Positions 1 to 10,048 of a stretch of DNA of 32,000 nt are shown here, in pieces. The DNA is from Formosa sp. Hel1_33_131. Lineage in GTDB: Bacteria > Bacteroidota > Bacteroidia > Flavobacteriales > Flavobacteriaceae. The notes below the pieces were generated by a model, which searched no databases, had not been told where the DNA came from, and was given only the letters and a program-made list of their open reading frames with translations. Each line of letters opens with the position of its first letter. Position 1 is the first letter of the stretch. The stretch covers positions 1 through 32,000 of the forward strand of contig NZ_CP017260.1 in NCBI RefSeq assembly GCF_001735745.1, read 5' to 3'. Both the position numbers and the translations under genes were made by a program.

Positions 1-1119
1 ATGAAATTTATAGTTTCCAGTACGTATTTATTAAAACAACTTCAAGTCCTAGGTGGCGTGATTAACAATTCGAACACCCTGCCGATTTTAGACAATTTCT
101 TATTTGAATTAGAACATTCAAAACTAACGGTTTCCGCAAGTGATTTAGAAACCACCATGGCCTCCACTCTGGAAGTCGAAAGTGAGAGCGAAGGCAGTGT
201 TGCCATTCCTGCTAAACTCTTGTTAGAAACGCTTAAAACCTTTCCTGAGCAACCGTTGACGTTTGTAATTGAAGAGAATAATACGATTGAAATTAGTTCT
301 AATCATGGAAAATATGCGTTGGCATACGCAAGTGCTGACGAGTTTCCAAAAGCGATTTCTTTAGACAGTCCTAGTACCACAGTGATTGGTGCACATATAT
401 TGGCCACTGCCATTTCAAAAACGATTTTTGCCGCTGGAAATGACGATTTACGCCCCGTAATGAGTGGCGTCTTTTTTCAGTTTTCAACAGAGAGTTTGAC
501 CTTTGTAGCTACCGATGCGCACAAACTAGTTAAATATTCTCGTACCGATGTGACTGCCAATGAAACAGCTGAATTCATCATGCCTAAAAAACCATTAAAT
601 TTATTAAAAGGTATTCTGGCGGGAAGCGATGACGATGTCACAATTGAATACAACGATTCTAATGCTAAATTTTCGTTTGAAAATTCTGTGGTAATCTGTC
701 GTTTGATTGATGGTAAATATCCAAATTACGAAGCAGTAATTCCAAAGGAAAATCCAAACCACTTAACGATTAGCCGCAATCAATTTTTGAACTCGGTACG
801 TCGTGTGTCTATATTTTCAAATAAGACAACGCATCAAATTCGCTTAAAAATTGCAGGTGCAGAACTTAACATTTCGGCGGAAGACATTGATTACAGCAAC
901 AAAGCCGAAGAACGCTTGACTTGTGATTACCAAGGCGATGATATGCAAATTGGGTTTAACTCTCGTTTCTTATCCGAAATGTTGAGCAACTTAAATGCTG
1001 ATGATGTTCAATTGGAAATGAGTATGCCCAACCGTGCAGGAATCCTTACTCCTATTGACGGATTGGACGAAGGCGAAACAGTCACCATGCTCGTCATGCC
1101 TGTGATGCTTAACAGCTAA
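1..1119 (+). CDS. dnaN: DNA polymerase III beta subunit (sliding clamp)
   Basis: Full 372-aa ORF. The N-terminus MKFIVSSTYLLKQLQVLGGVI, the three-domain length and the C-terminal MPxM tail are typical of DnaN. Confidence 0.95.
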   Translation: MKFIVSSTYLLKQLQVLGGVINNSNTLPILDNFLFELEHSKLTVSASDLETTMASTLEVESESEGSVAIPAKLLLETLKTFPEQPLTFVIEENNTIEISSNHGKYALAYASADEFPKAISLDSPSTTVIGAHILATAISKTIFAAGNDDLRPVMSGVFFQFSTESLTFVATDAHKLVKYSRTDVTANETAEFIMPKKPLNLLKGILAGSDDDVTIEYNDSNAKFSFENSVVICRLIDGKYPNYEAVIPKENPNHLTISRNQFLNSVRRVSIFSNKTTHQIRLKIAGAELNISAEDIDYSNKAEERLTCDYQGDDMQIGFNSRFLSEMLSNLNADDVQLEMSMPNRAGILTPIDGLDEGETVTMLVMPVMLNS

Positions 1120-1148
1120 TACCTAAATTTTTCATATATAAATTTAAG

Positions 1149-1176
1149 AAGCATTCCGACGGGAATGCTTTTTTAT
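1149..1176 (+). terminator. Rho-independent terminator after dnaN
   Basis: Perfect 9-bp stem aagcattcc/ggaatgctt with loop gacg, followed by a T-run. Confidence 0.75.
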
Positions 1177-1255
1177 TATTATATTTATTTCAAAATTTCG
1201 CCCTAACGCTTGGCAACTTGCTCAGAAGTAAACAGACTATTTAATACGATCCACA

Positions 1256-1702
1256 ATGAATTACAGAAAAGGAACTCCTAAAGACTTAAATCAATTTTCT
1301 GAATTGTTTGATGCGTATAGAATGTTCTATGGCAAAACAACAGATATTGAAGGTGCCAAAACTTTTTTGGAAGAACGCATTTCTAATAAGGACTCTGAAC
1401 TTTTTGTAGTCGAAACTACTGAGAACAAATTAGTTGGATTTGTACAATTATACCCACTTTTCTCTTCAACCCGTATGAAGAAGTTTTGGCTGCTAAACGA
1501 TTTGTTTGTATATCCAGAATCGCGTGGTAAAGGAGTTTCAATCGGGTTGATAGAAATGGCTAAAACGCTGGTAGCAGAATCCAATGCTTGTGGCATGTTT
1601 TTAGAAACTGAAAAATCAAATTTGATTGGGAATAAGTTATATCCAAAAACAGGGTTTGAATTAAATACAGAGTCTAACTTTTATGAATGGAACGTGAAAT
1701 AA
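1256..1702 (+). CDS. GNAT family N-acetyltransferase
   Basis: 148 aa. Acetyl-CoA binding-like segment VYPESRGKGVSIGLIE and overall GNAT size and pattern. Confidence 0.85.
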   Translation: MNYRKGTPKDLNQFSELFDAYRMFYGKTTDIEGAKTFLEERISNKDSELFVVETTENKLVGFVQLYPLFSSTRMKKFWLLNDLFVYPESRGKGVSIGLIEMAKTLVAESNACGMFLETEKSNLIGNKLYPKTGFELNTESNFYEWNVK

Positions 1703-1988
1703 TGTTTTTGCCTTACTAAATCTAGCTTCTTAGGGTCTTTTTTTGTGTTATATTATATAATCTGTAAATTATTAATTAAAAGGTTTCCAGATTTAGTTAT
1801 TTATTATATATTTATCCTGAAGTTTCGCCCCACAGCTTTTCTTCATAACCAATATTATTTTTTTGTAAGTTTTGTTTTACTATAAAACGAGACCCTTGTA
1901 AACAGGCCTTGTTTTGATCACTTTTTAGTTTTAAGGGATTGAGACTTTTTCTGCTACATCACATTTATAAAACAATAAAAACAAACAC

Positions 1989-2945
1989 ATGAAAAAAGTA
2001 AACTTAGTATTCGTTGCATTACTACTCGCAAATTTTGGAATTTCCCAAACCTCTACCACTTTATTTACGGAAACGTTTGAATCTGGAAATAAATTCACGC
2101 TTAATACGTCGGATTTAAATGCCTCCACAACCGATAATATTTGGCAAATGAATAATACTTATACGGGCGGTTCTGCCAGCATTACTTGTGTCGGAGTGAC
2201 ACAGACTATTCCTATTGCTAATACACCTGCACAACCCACTGGAATCACTAGTGGACCGTCAAGTAATTATATACACATCTCAGCACAGTTAGCCATCAAT
2301 GCTGGAATTAATTGCTCGTCGTACGCACCTGCTGTGAGTTTATGTGGTATAGCTGGTGGATCAAATTTCTCAAAGATGACTTCTTCTATTTCTACAACAG
2401 GCTATTCAGGAATAAAATTTAATTTTTGGTGGGTATGTGCTGGCAGTAATGACGCGTTTGGTGAGGTATATTACAGTCTCGATAATGGATCTAATTGGGT
2501 GTCAAAACAAACGAGCTATAACAATACTTCTACTTGGACACAAGCATCCTTATCGGATACTGCTTGGGACAACCAATCCAGTGTGTTATTTGCATTTCGT
2601 TTCGTAAACAACACTACAACCTCGACGGCTGCTGCAGTCCCAGCATTTTCTATTGATGAGATTACAGTTACAGCTGATACCACATTAAACATCGCTAATA
2701 ACAAGCCTATAATCAGCTCCGTAGTACATCCAAATCCAACAAATGGGAATGTAAATCTTATTTTAAATAAGACTTACAAAGCTGTTAAAATTTACATTTC
2801 AGATGTAACTGGTAAAACAATTGATGTGAAGCACTTTAAAAACACAAAAGATTTGAGTTTTATATTAAGAGGGACTCCTGGTCTCTATTTTTTAAATATT
2901 GAAGCGGATGCAGAGAGATTAAATTATAAGATGGTGAAGAAATAA
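1989..2945 (+). CDS. Secreted protein with T9SS type-A C-terminal sorting domain
   Basis: N-terminal signal peptide MKKVNLVFVALLLANFGISQ. The C-terminal ~75 aa (HPNPTNGNVNLIL...GLYFLNI...KMVKK) match the Por secretion tail pattern. Confidence 0.8.
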   Translation: MKKVNLVFVALLLANFGISQTSTTLFTETFESGNKFTLNTSDLNASTTDNIWQMNNTYTGGSASITCVGVTQTIPIANTPAQPTGITSGPSSNYIHISAQLAINAGINCSSYAPAVSLCGIAGGSNFSKMTSSISTTGYSGIKFNFWWVCAGSNDAFGEVYYSLDNGSNWVSKQTSYNNTSTWTQASLSDTAWDNQSSVLFAFRFVNNTTTSTAAAVPAFSIDEITVTADTTLNIANNKPIISSVVHPNPTNGNVNLILNKTYKAVKIYISDVTGKTIDVKHFKNTKDLSFILRGTPGLYFLNIEADAERLNYKMVKK

Positions 2946-3045
2946 AATAGCCTTGATCGTTATGAATAGATAGAATAATTTATTTCTAATTTTTACACTC
3001 CAAATGGGAAAATCCCATGTCTTAGGTCGAATAAAAATTAATAAA

Positions 3046-4269
3046 ATGAAAAGAAAAGCTCTACTCCTATTAATAGCAATTATAAGTATTAATAGCTATT
3101 CACAAATATCTTTTGAAAAAGGGTATTACATTGATAACTCTGACAAAAAAATTAATTGTTTAATCAAAAATATTGATTGGGTGAATAACCCCAGTGAAAT
3201 TGAATACAAACTTTCAGAAAATACAAAAGCTAAATATATTGGTATCACATCAATTAAAGAATTTGGAATTCTAAAGGCCTCAAAATACATTAGAAGTGCC
3301 GTTAAAATAGATCGGTCGAGTGGGAACTTAAACTACTTGAGCGATACTAAAGCACCGATATTTAAAGAAGAACAGCTATTTCTAAAAGTAATAATAGAAG
3401 GCAAAGCTAATTTATACCATTATAAAGAAGGGAATTTAGAACGATACTTTTATAATAAAGGAAACGCAGCTATAGAACAGTTGGTTTTTAAAAATTATAA
3501 AATCAATGAATACGATTTAGGTAAAAATAACAGGTTTAAACAACAATTATGGAATGATTTAAAATGTTCCTCAATTACGATGAAAAACATTGAAAATTTG
3601 GAATATAAAAAAAATAGTTTGATTCGGTTTTTTACTGAATTTAATGTCTGTAGTAATTCAGAGTTTATCAACTATGAAAAAAAACAAAAAATAGATTTAT
3701 TTAATTTAACTCTAAGGCCTCGCCTTAATAATTCTTCTTTAAACATTCAAAATTCTAGTTATAGCACTTCAGATACTAAATTTAGTAATAAATTAAGTAT
3801 CGGTTTTGGTTTAGAAGCAGAATATATATTTCCTTTTAATAAAAATAAATGGTCTGTTTTTATAGAACCTACTTATCAAAACTATAAGGCAGAAAAAACA
3901 ACTGATGTAAGTAATGTTTTAGGAGGTAAAATAATATCAGAAGTAAACTATAATTCTATTGAAGTTCCTTTAGGGATAAGGCATTATTTTTTTATAAATA
4001 GTACTTCTAAAGTTTTTATTAATGCTTCTTACGTGTTAGATTTTAGTTTTAAAACTTCAATCGAACAAAAAAGATCAGATAACTCAAATTTTAAATCCTT
4101 AAAAATTGATTCTCGAAACAATTTAGCATTCGGAATGGGTTACAAACTAAATGATAAATATGGTTTAGAGTTCAGATATCAGACCAGTAGGGAAGTTTTA
4201 GGAGATTATGTTTTTTGGAGTTCAGACTTCAAAACAGTATCAATAATATTTGGGTACACAATTTTTTAA
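3046..4269 (+). CDS. Putative outer-membrane beta-barrel protein
   Basis: I prefer the start at MKRKALLLLIAIISINSYSQ (signal peptide) over the track start at 3004. The C-terminal half has alternating beta-strand patterns and ends in an aromatic residue (GYTIF). Confidence 0.6.
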   Translation: MKRKALLLLIAIISINSYSQISFEKGYYIDNSDKKINCLIKNIDWVNNPSEIEYKLSENTKAKYIGITSIKEFGILKASKYIRSAVKIDRSSGNLNYLSDTKAPIFKEEQLFLKVIIEGKANLYHYKEGNLERYFYNKGNAAIEQLVFKNYKINEYDLGKNNRFKQQLWNDLKCSSITMKNIENLEYKKNSLIRFFTEFNVCSNSEFINYEKKQKIDLFNLTLRPRLNNSSLNIQNSSYSTSDTKFSNKLSIGFGLEAEYIFPFNKNKWSVFIEPTYQNYKAEKTTDVSNVLGGKIISEVNYNSIEVPLGIRHYFFINSTSKVFINASYVLDFSFKTSIEQKRSDNSNFKSLKIDSRNNLAFGMGYKLNDKYGLEFRYQTSREVLGDYVFWSSDFKTVSIIFGYTIF

Positions 4270-4297
4270 AAACATGAGAGACTATAAAACAAATCTT

Positions 4298-4795
4298 ATG
4301 AAATTATCAAACAGAATTATAATTTTATTAATTATCGGATTCATTAGCTGTAAACAAACCCCCAAAGAAATCGATATTAAAGGACCTAAAGTGGTCAGTG
4401 GAAACAATAAAACAGCCTACAATGTCCTAAAAAAAATGAATTTAGACAGTACCTACACGAATCTACTTGACCCTAGAAATGTGACCGCAGATGAGTATAA
4501 ACTTGTGGCGGCTTCTTGGGCTAAATTTCATAAAAATCTATCTCATTTCATTAAAGAAGAAAAATTTAAATGGGAAGTTTCGGATTCAACCATTACTATT
4601 ATGAATAGAATCTATTTTGATAAAAATGGAACGATCGATTATTACACCTTTAAAATTAAAAATCCATCTGTTACAGACGAAAAAATAGTGGAGTATAAAA
4701 GAGTACTTCAAAAATTTAGTAAAAATGTGAAACTTGATTTAAATCGAGATGAAAACTATGCGCAATGTGGGAAAATAAAATATAAGAATTTTTAG
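4298..4795 (+). CDS. Hypothetical lipoprotein
   Basis: The internal start MKLSNRIIILLIIGFISC gives a lipobox. The track start at 4250 overlaps the previous gene. Confidence 0.55.
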   Translation: MKLSNRIIILLIIGFISCKQTPKEIDIKGPKVVSGNNKTAYNVLKKMNLDSTYTNLLDPRNVTADEYKLVAASWAKFHKNLSHFIKEEKFKWEVSDSTITIMNRIYFDKNGTIDYYTFKIKNPSVTDEKIVEYKRVLQKFSKNVKLDLNRDENYAQCGKIKYKNF

Positions 4796-5002
4796 AGGTT
4801 TTTATAGGAACTCTTAGCTTTAATCCCAATCAGCCCATTCGATATAACTAGCTGTTTATCAGTATTTAATTTTCCTTTATTAATTAGAGCTAATTATTAA
4901 ACTTAATACAACCCCCTTTCATCTACAGGTAATTATCATTTATCGAAAATTGAAATTCTTGCTATTGTAGTGGTATAAATTTGTGTTATAAATAATAATA
5001 CA

Positions 5003-8000
5003 ATGAAAAAAACAGTACTTCTTAGAATAGTGATAATCCTAATAACTTTTATTACTTCAGCTCAAACCAATATTGTAAATAATGCAAGTGGAGATTGGAA
5101 GTCCTTAATACAACTAGAAAATTTTGATCCCAATGATGATCAGCAATCCAATGCAGATACCGATTTTGTTGGGAATGCTACACATGCAATTATGGAAACT
5201 CAAAATGAAACCGTTTCCTTTAATGATGGTATAACAGATGATGTTTATTACTTTAGAGTCAGAATGGGACAAAGCAACCCCAATGCATCTTTCTATTTTG
5301 GATTGGATATTAGTGGCGATTATATCGCTGATATATTTATTGAAGCTAATGTGAAAAGTCAGACACCTTTTGTGGCATTTCATTTGAGAGATTACTCAAT
5401 GTCTGGACTGTCTCCTTCCCAAACATCCTGGTTAAATGGCTCTCAAAATAATGAGTTAGAGTTAACTTCTAGAAACGCAGTGATCAGTGACTACAGTGCT
5501 GGAACTGATTTAGACGGTGGAAATAGCGGGACCGATTTTTGGATAAAATTTGGTTTTACAGAAGAAAGTATAAAAGCCTATGTGTTAGATAATTTTGGTT
5601 TGTCAATCGATGGAGATTCAATTATCGCATTGTATGGTTTTACGTCCACGAGTCAAACATCAAATGGAGATGTTATTGGAGTTGATGACCGTATTCAAGG
5701 AGAACTTGATAGAACTTGGGTCGATTTAGGCGTGGTTATTAATGGGACTTTAAATAATATCACTTCCGGGAATATTGTAATTCCAACCGTCAATTTTTTA
5801 ACTACAGAGAATACCACACCTACATTAACTGGCAGTTGGGGAAGCACCATGTTAGGCGATGACAGCTTGTCAGTAAGCTTAAATGGAACCGTTTATACGA
5901 CGGATAATGGATTGCTTATAGACACTCTAAATTGGAGCTTACCCATCGGGGAAGTTTTAAGTTCTGGAACCTATGGTGTAATCGTAACCGTTTCTAGAAG
6001 TTCAAATGGGCAAACAGTTTCGGATACGACAACCAATGAATTGACAATACAAGACACTCCCTTTTATTGTGATTATAATGCCTATCTATTTCAACACAAC
6101 GATGTCTATGCCATCGATTTAGCTTCTGGAAATTCATATACAGTTGCAACCGACATAACACCAGGAAATATCAATGCTGCGGCTTATAATCCTATAGATG
6201 GATTTATTTGGGGTTCGTTAAGTGCACCCTCAAAAACCATTGTACGGATTGGTAAGAACTTTGAAACCAACCTTTTTTATATTGATGAGTTGCCCATAAA
6301 CGGACGCTATGTTGGAGGTGTGAGTGCCTCAGGAATCTATTATTTAAAAGGTGACGGCACAACCTATCATAGCATCGATTTAAATCCAAATTCTGCCAAC
6401 TATAGTCAGTATATGGCTACTCTAACTTTATCTCAAGATATAAATATCCATGATTGGGCATTTAATGCCGTAGATAATTTGTTGTATTCCATTGAAAAAG
6501 GATCCAATATTTTATACCGTATAAATGCCGAAACCGGAACTGTACAAAGCTTGGGTGAAGTGCCAATTCTCTCCGGATTAAATTATACCTATGGCGCTGT
6601 TTATTTTGATGCTTCAGGGCGATTTTATGTCAGTGCCAATCAAACAGGAACCATCTATATCATCCAAAACGTTCAAGACTTGAATGCTAACAGTACCATG
6701 AATTCGAATCTATTTGCTTTTGGACCTTCCAGTTCTAGTAATGATGGTGCGCGTTGCCCAACGGCTCCAGTACCTCAGGAAGATTGTATCAATGGACTAG
6801 ACGATGATGGTGATGGATTAATCGATTGTGATGACCCTTCATGTTCTGGAGTTGCATCTTGTCCAGTTATAGAAGATCCAACGACTGGTGGTAATTCAGG
6901 GGGTTTAGAAAGTAATAACAGACTCTCTCAGCAAATTAGTAAACGAAATTTTAAACGCGCTAAAACAAGTTATAGGTTTGATAAAGCAACTGCAAAGCAA
7001 TTTGAAAAATCGATATCCTACGGAAGAAATGCTTCAAACAACGGATACCAATTTGAATTATCAGACTTCATTCCTCTTGAAGTTGTGAATGAAGATCTTG
7101 TGATTGAATCTTCTCCTAGAGATTTAATAGGCATTACCAATGCTTCAGATGTTTATTCTGTTGATTATTTAAGAGCGGGTGAAAATGTAAGTTCTATATT
7201 GGTTCTAAAAACGGAGGATGGTGTCTATGAACATACCAAATATATTTGTGATCGTTTATTAGGTGCTCAGTTAATTTCGGTATCGACTCTAGAAATTCAA
7301 GATCAACAATTCATAAAAGCGTTGATAAAAAATACCGATGGCTCCTTAGAATTTGTTTTGAGTCTTTCTGCAAAAGTAACAGATGACAACAACTTTGCTA
7401 TTGAGAGTCATTGGAATTTAGATAAGTATGAAGCGGATACAGCGTTTTATAATTTCCAAATATGGTCTAACTCTTTAGATGATTTATTACGTCTTGGAAA
7501 AGAAGTGGTGCGTTTATTAGAGGTTCAAAAGCCCATTGTAGCGTATCATAATTCTGCACCCCCTTCTGTATTTGTTAGAAAAGGCAAATACCACAACGGC
7601 AAACTCGATTTACAAATTGTAAATACCAACGGAACTCATACCATTACGTTTGATGGTGGTCTTAAGAGCCACAGAAACCAATTCGGTGGAGCAGGTATCG
7701 TCAACCATAGATCTAGAGGGTAATTACATCACCAATATGGAAATAGATGCTGGAAACTTGTTTGATATTGGTTTTAGAATCGGTGATGGTATTTCAATTC
7801 CAGATGATTTATTTATGTCTGATGGTCCTTGGGGCTATGATGATGCCCCAGACACTATGCTCGTTCATACGTATGAGGTAAATCCTAATGAGGAACCATT
7901 TCATGAGGATGAGTTTGCTGTCGAACGTAATATAGAGTTAGTCGGCAGTACCAATGCATATATGGCTGCTTACAGAGCCCTCACCCCAAAGTTTAGTCCT

Positions 8001-8567
8001 ATCAATTTTACGGAATATCAAAGCTTAAAATTAAAAGCAAAAGGGACTGGCAAGTTGATAATTCGGTTGGTGAAAGAAAGTGTAACGGATTGGGGATCTC
8101 AATACAAAACAACTATTCCCCTCACAAACAATTTGCAAGATTATAGCATACCATTTTCTAATTTCACTTCCATTAACGGGACTGATTTTATCCCTAATGA
8201 CATCACGTCTATCGTATTTACAATGCTCGCAGAAACAGGCGAAGTAGAAACAAAAGAAATGACGATACAACACCTTCGTTTTTCAACAACGAGTTCGCAA
8301 TCGGAAGACCCCTTAAATACACTCGTGGTATCCCCTAACCCTATGAAATCTAGTACAACCTTCCATTTTACAAGTCAACGTTTAGAAACTGTAGAAGTAT
8401 TGGTTTACAATCAATTGGGAAGTTTGGTAAAAACAATCACGCATGAAGCGACTTTAGGAGCGAATGAAATTAAATTAAACAGAGGAACCATCAGTTCAGG
8501 ACTGTATTTCTGTAAAGTTCAAAGTGATACTAAACTCTATAAAATAACAAAACTCATCATAGAATAA
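5003..8567 (+). pseudogene. Large T9SS-secreted surface protein (~1190 aa if joined), interrupted by one frameshift
   Basis: Fragment 5003-7723 has a signal peptide but no sorting domain. Fragment 7650-8567 has no start context or signal peptide but ends in a T9SS CTD (SPNPMKSSTTFHF...GLYFCKVQ). The two frames overlap at 7623-7723. It also contains a Cys/Asp-rich CINGLDDDGDGLIDCDDPSC motif (6784-6850). Confidence 0.7.
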
Positions 8568-8596
8568 AGATTAAAAACTAAGATATTAAAGGATGA

Positions 8597-8632
8597 AAGG
8601 ATAAGAAGCTTCGGTTTTTTATCCTTTTTTTT
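8597..8632 (+). terminator. Rho-independent terminator between convergent genes
   Basis: Stem aaggataa/ttatcctt with an internal gaagcttc palindrome in the loop, followed by a T-run. Confidence 0.6.
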
Positions 8633-8684
8633 GCTTGATGGGTATGAGTATAAAAAAGACAAGACTTAAGTGATTTCAAATCCC

Positions 8685-9182
8685 CTACATCCCTAATTCC
8701 AGTAGTTTCTTAGAAAATTTTTCTTTTTTACGAGTGTCAATAGAATCACATACTCGAATATAATGGGACATTATATCTTTATTATTAATGCTCATCTTAA
8801 TTAATCGTCCACTAACTAAAGAGGTGACGCCATCATTTTCGATATTAGAAATGGTGTTTTTACTAAATCCTAAAATAACACTTAATGTTGATGCAGCAAT
8901 GTGGTGTTTTTTCCTGAAACGAATAATTTCTTCTGGAGCTGCCGCTCCTTTAGAAATAAGATAAGCACTCTTTAGTGATTTTAAATTACGATTCATTTGA
9001 CTCTTGGTATAAAACGCAACCTTATGCTCCCTATGAATCATACCAGTATTTTCATCCACTTCATAATCCAAATAATACACTTCCTTGTATGATAATATAA
9101 TCCCTTTGACTTTTTTTTCTACAGTTCTTTCTAATTCATTTGTAGGTTTTTGTTCTCTTGTTATATTTTTTTTTGCTTCCAT
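8685..9182 (-). CDS. MqsA-like HTH antitoxin (type II TA)
   Basis: 165 aa. The segment PEEIIRFRKKHHIAASTLSVILGFSKNTISNIENDGVTSLVSGRLIKM resembles the MqsA linker plus XRE-type HTH (E. coli PEFIVKVRKK...). It starts 5 nt downstream of the toxin stop. Confidence 0.7.
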   Translation of the reverse strand: MEAKKNITREQKPTNELERTVEKKVKGIILSYKEVYYLDYEVDENTGMIHREHKVAFYTKSQMNRNLKSLKSAYLISKGAAAPEEIIRFRKKHHIAASTLSVILGFSKNTISNIENDGVTSLVSGRLIKMSINNKDIMSHYIRVCDSIDTRKKEKFSKKLLELGM

Positions 9183-9187
9183 AGTTT

Positions 9188-9517
9188 TTAATTTTTAAAC
9201 GGTTGATCCATTGTATAATCAGGAATATGATTTGAAAAAACCAACACCTGTAACCCACGAATTTCTAGTCCGTATTTCAAATAAATCTCAATTCTATCAG
9301 CTCCGACAAACACACGAAACGCACAAACGTTAAAATCAGCACCTCCAGAAGGATCAACGCCTCTGTAATAATTTTTAGGAGTTAATTTTAGAATCGCATC
9401 TTCAATAGCATTTGCATTTATATCATAATCAATCATCAAGTTTTCTAACTCCAAACTTGCTTTTTTTGTGAAAGTTTTAGCCTCACCTTCTAAAATTCTT
9501 TTTTTTTGTCTCAGCAA
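9188..9517 (-). CDS. MqsR-like toxin, C-terminal frame; the likely true start is ATG 9569 in another frame
   Basis: The motif order PKNYYRGV...FNVCAFRVFVGADRIEIYLKYGL...LQVLVFSNH parallels MqsR SDFYKSM...QDVYRPRL..VYLKI..LIVSFKEK. The track start at 9517 is a TTG. See the A9 frameshift finding. Confidence 0.55.
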   Translation of the reverse strand: MLRQKKRILEGEAKTFTKKASLELENLMIDYDINANAIEDAILKLTPKNYYRGVDPSGGADFNVCAFRVFVGADRIEIYLKYGLEIRGLQVLVFSNHIPDYTMDQPFKN

Positions 9518-9591
9518 TAAATTCCTGTATTACTCTAATATTGTCTTTCGTGTTTGGTAATTTGATCATCGGTATAATGGGCTTAATCCTA

Positions 9592-9623
9592 CAAATATAC
9601 AAATAAATTCCCAATCATTGGGA
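9592..9623 (-). promoter_or_regulatory. Putative TA promoter -7 box (TATATTTG, 9592-9599) plus 15-bp perfect palindrome TCCCAATCATTGGGA (9609-9623)
   Basis: A TAnnTTTG match lies 23 nt upstream of ATG 9569. The palindrome occupies the expected -33 region. Confidence 0.35.
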
Positions 9624-10048
9624 GTTAAAGCTGTTAATTTGATACTATAAGGGACTCTATAAATCCAAAATAAGTGTGACGAACTAATAAAAAAAGACTT
9701 CATTGTGAGTACTTTCCTTTTTTTACTAATTTGGAGTATAACAGAACCCAAATATGTTCTTGCTTTATGAAAAACCTACAGCTACTTCCGAGTACATTTC
9801 GCGATGAATCAATCGTTACGATTTCTTTTTCTTATGATCCCGAGCTTATTCAAACTATAATATCGTGTTTTTTTAGTAGTTATAAAACAACGTAATAAGT
9901 TTTTTTTAGGTATGACTAAACAACTTACAGAATATATTAGCTGGGTAAATGAGTTAAAAATATTAATTCAAAAAACCTAGCTCCGTATTCTATGACTAAA
10001 AAAATTAAATTTAGAACGGATAAGCACTGAACAAATAAACTTACCCTC

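Noticed and set aside
1-1260. dnaN might mark the replication origin, so I looked for DnaA-box clusters
   Set aside because: Only one weak TTATCCACA-like match (gatccacaa near 1245) and no cluster. dnaA is not adjacent, and dnaN is often unlinked from oriC in Bacteroidota.
1196-1838. Shared motif tttcgccc[t/c]a[a/c][c/a]gctt at 1196-1211 and 1823-1838, each upstream of a + strand gene
   Set aside because: There are only two copies with ~13/16 identity and no dyad symmetry. I cannot distinguish this from chance without genome-wide counts.
3004-4297. Longer track starts at 3004 and 4250 (and 11713 for the ABC-F gene)
   Set aside because: The downstream ATGs give proper signal peptide or lipobox N-termini. 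For ABC-F the downstream ATG gives the conserved N-terminus, and a canonical promoter sits inside the extension.
4881-4896. Palindrome TAATTAG-AG-CTAATTA ~105 bp upstream of the large T9SS cargo gene, plus a TAAATTTG -7-like box at 4976-4983
   Set aside because: The palindrome is entirely AT-rich in an AT-rich spacer, so the chance expectation is high. The -7-like box has no TTG at the 19-nt spacing, so I made no promoter call.
9566-9751. 61-aa minus-strand ORF upstream of the toxin gene
   Set aside because: It overlaps the putative TA promoter and palindrome, has no recognisable features, and its composition is typical of AT-rich intergenic translation.
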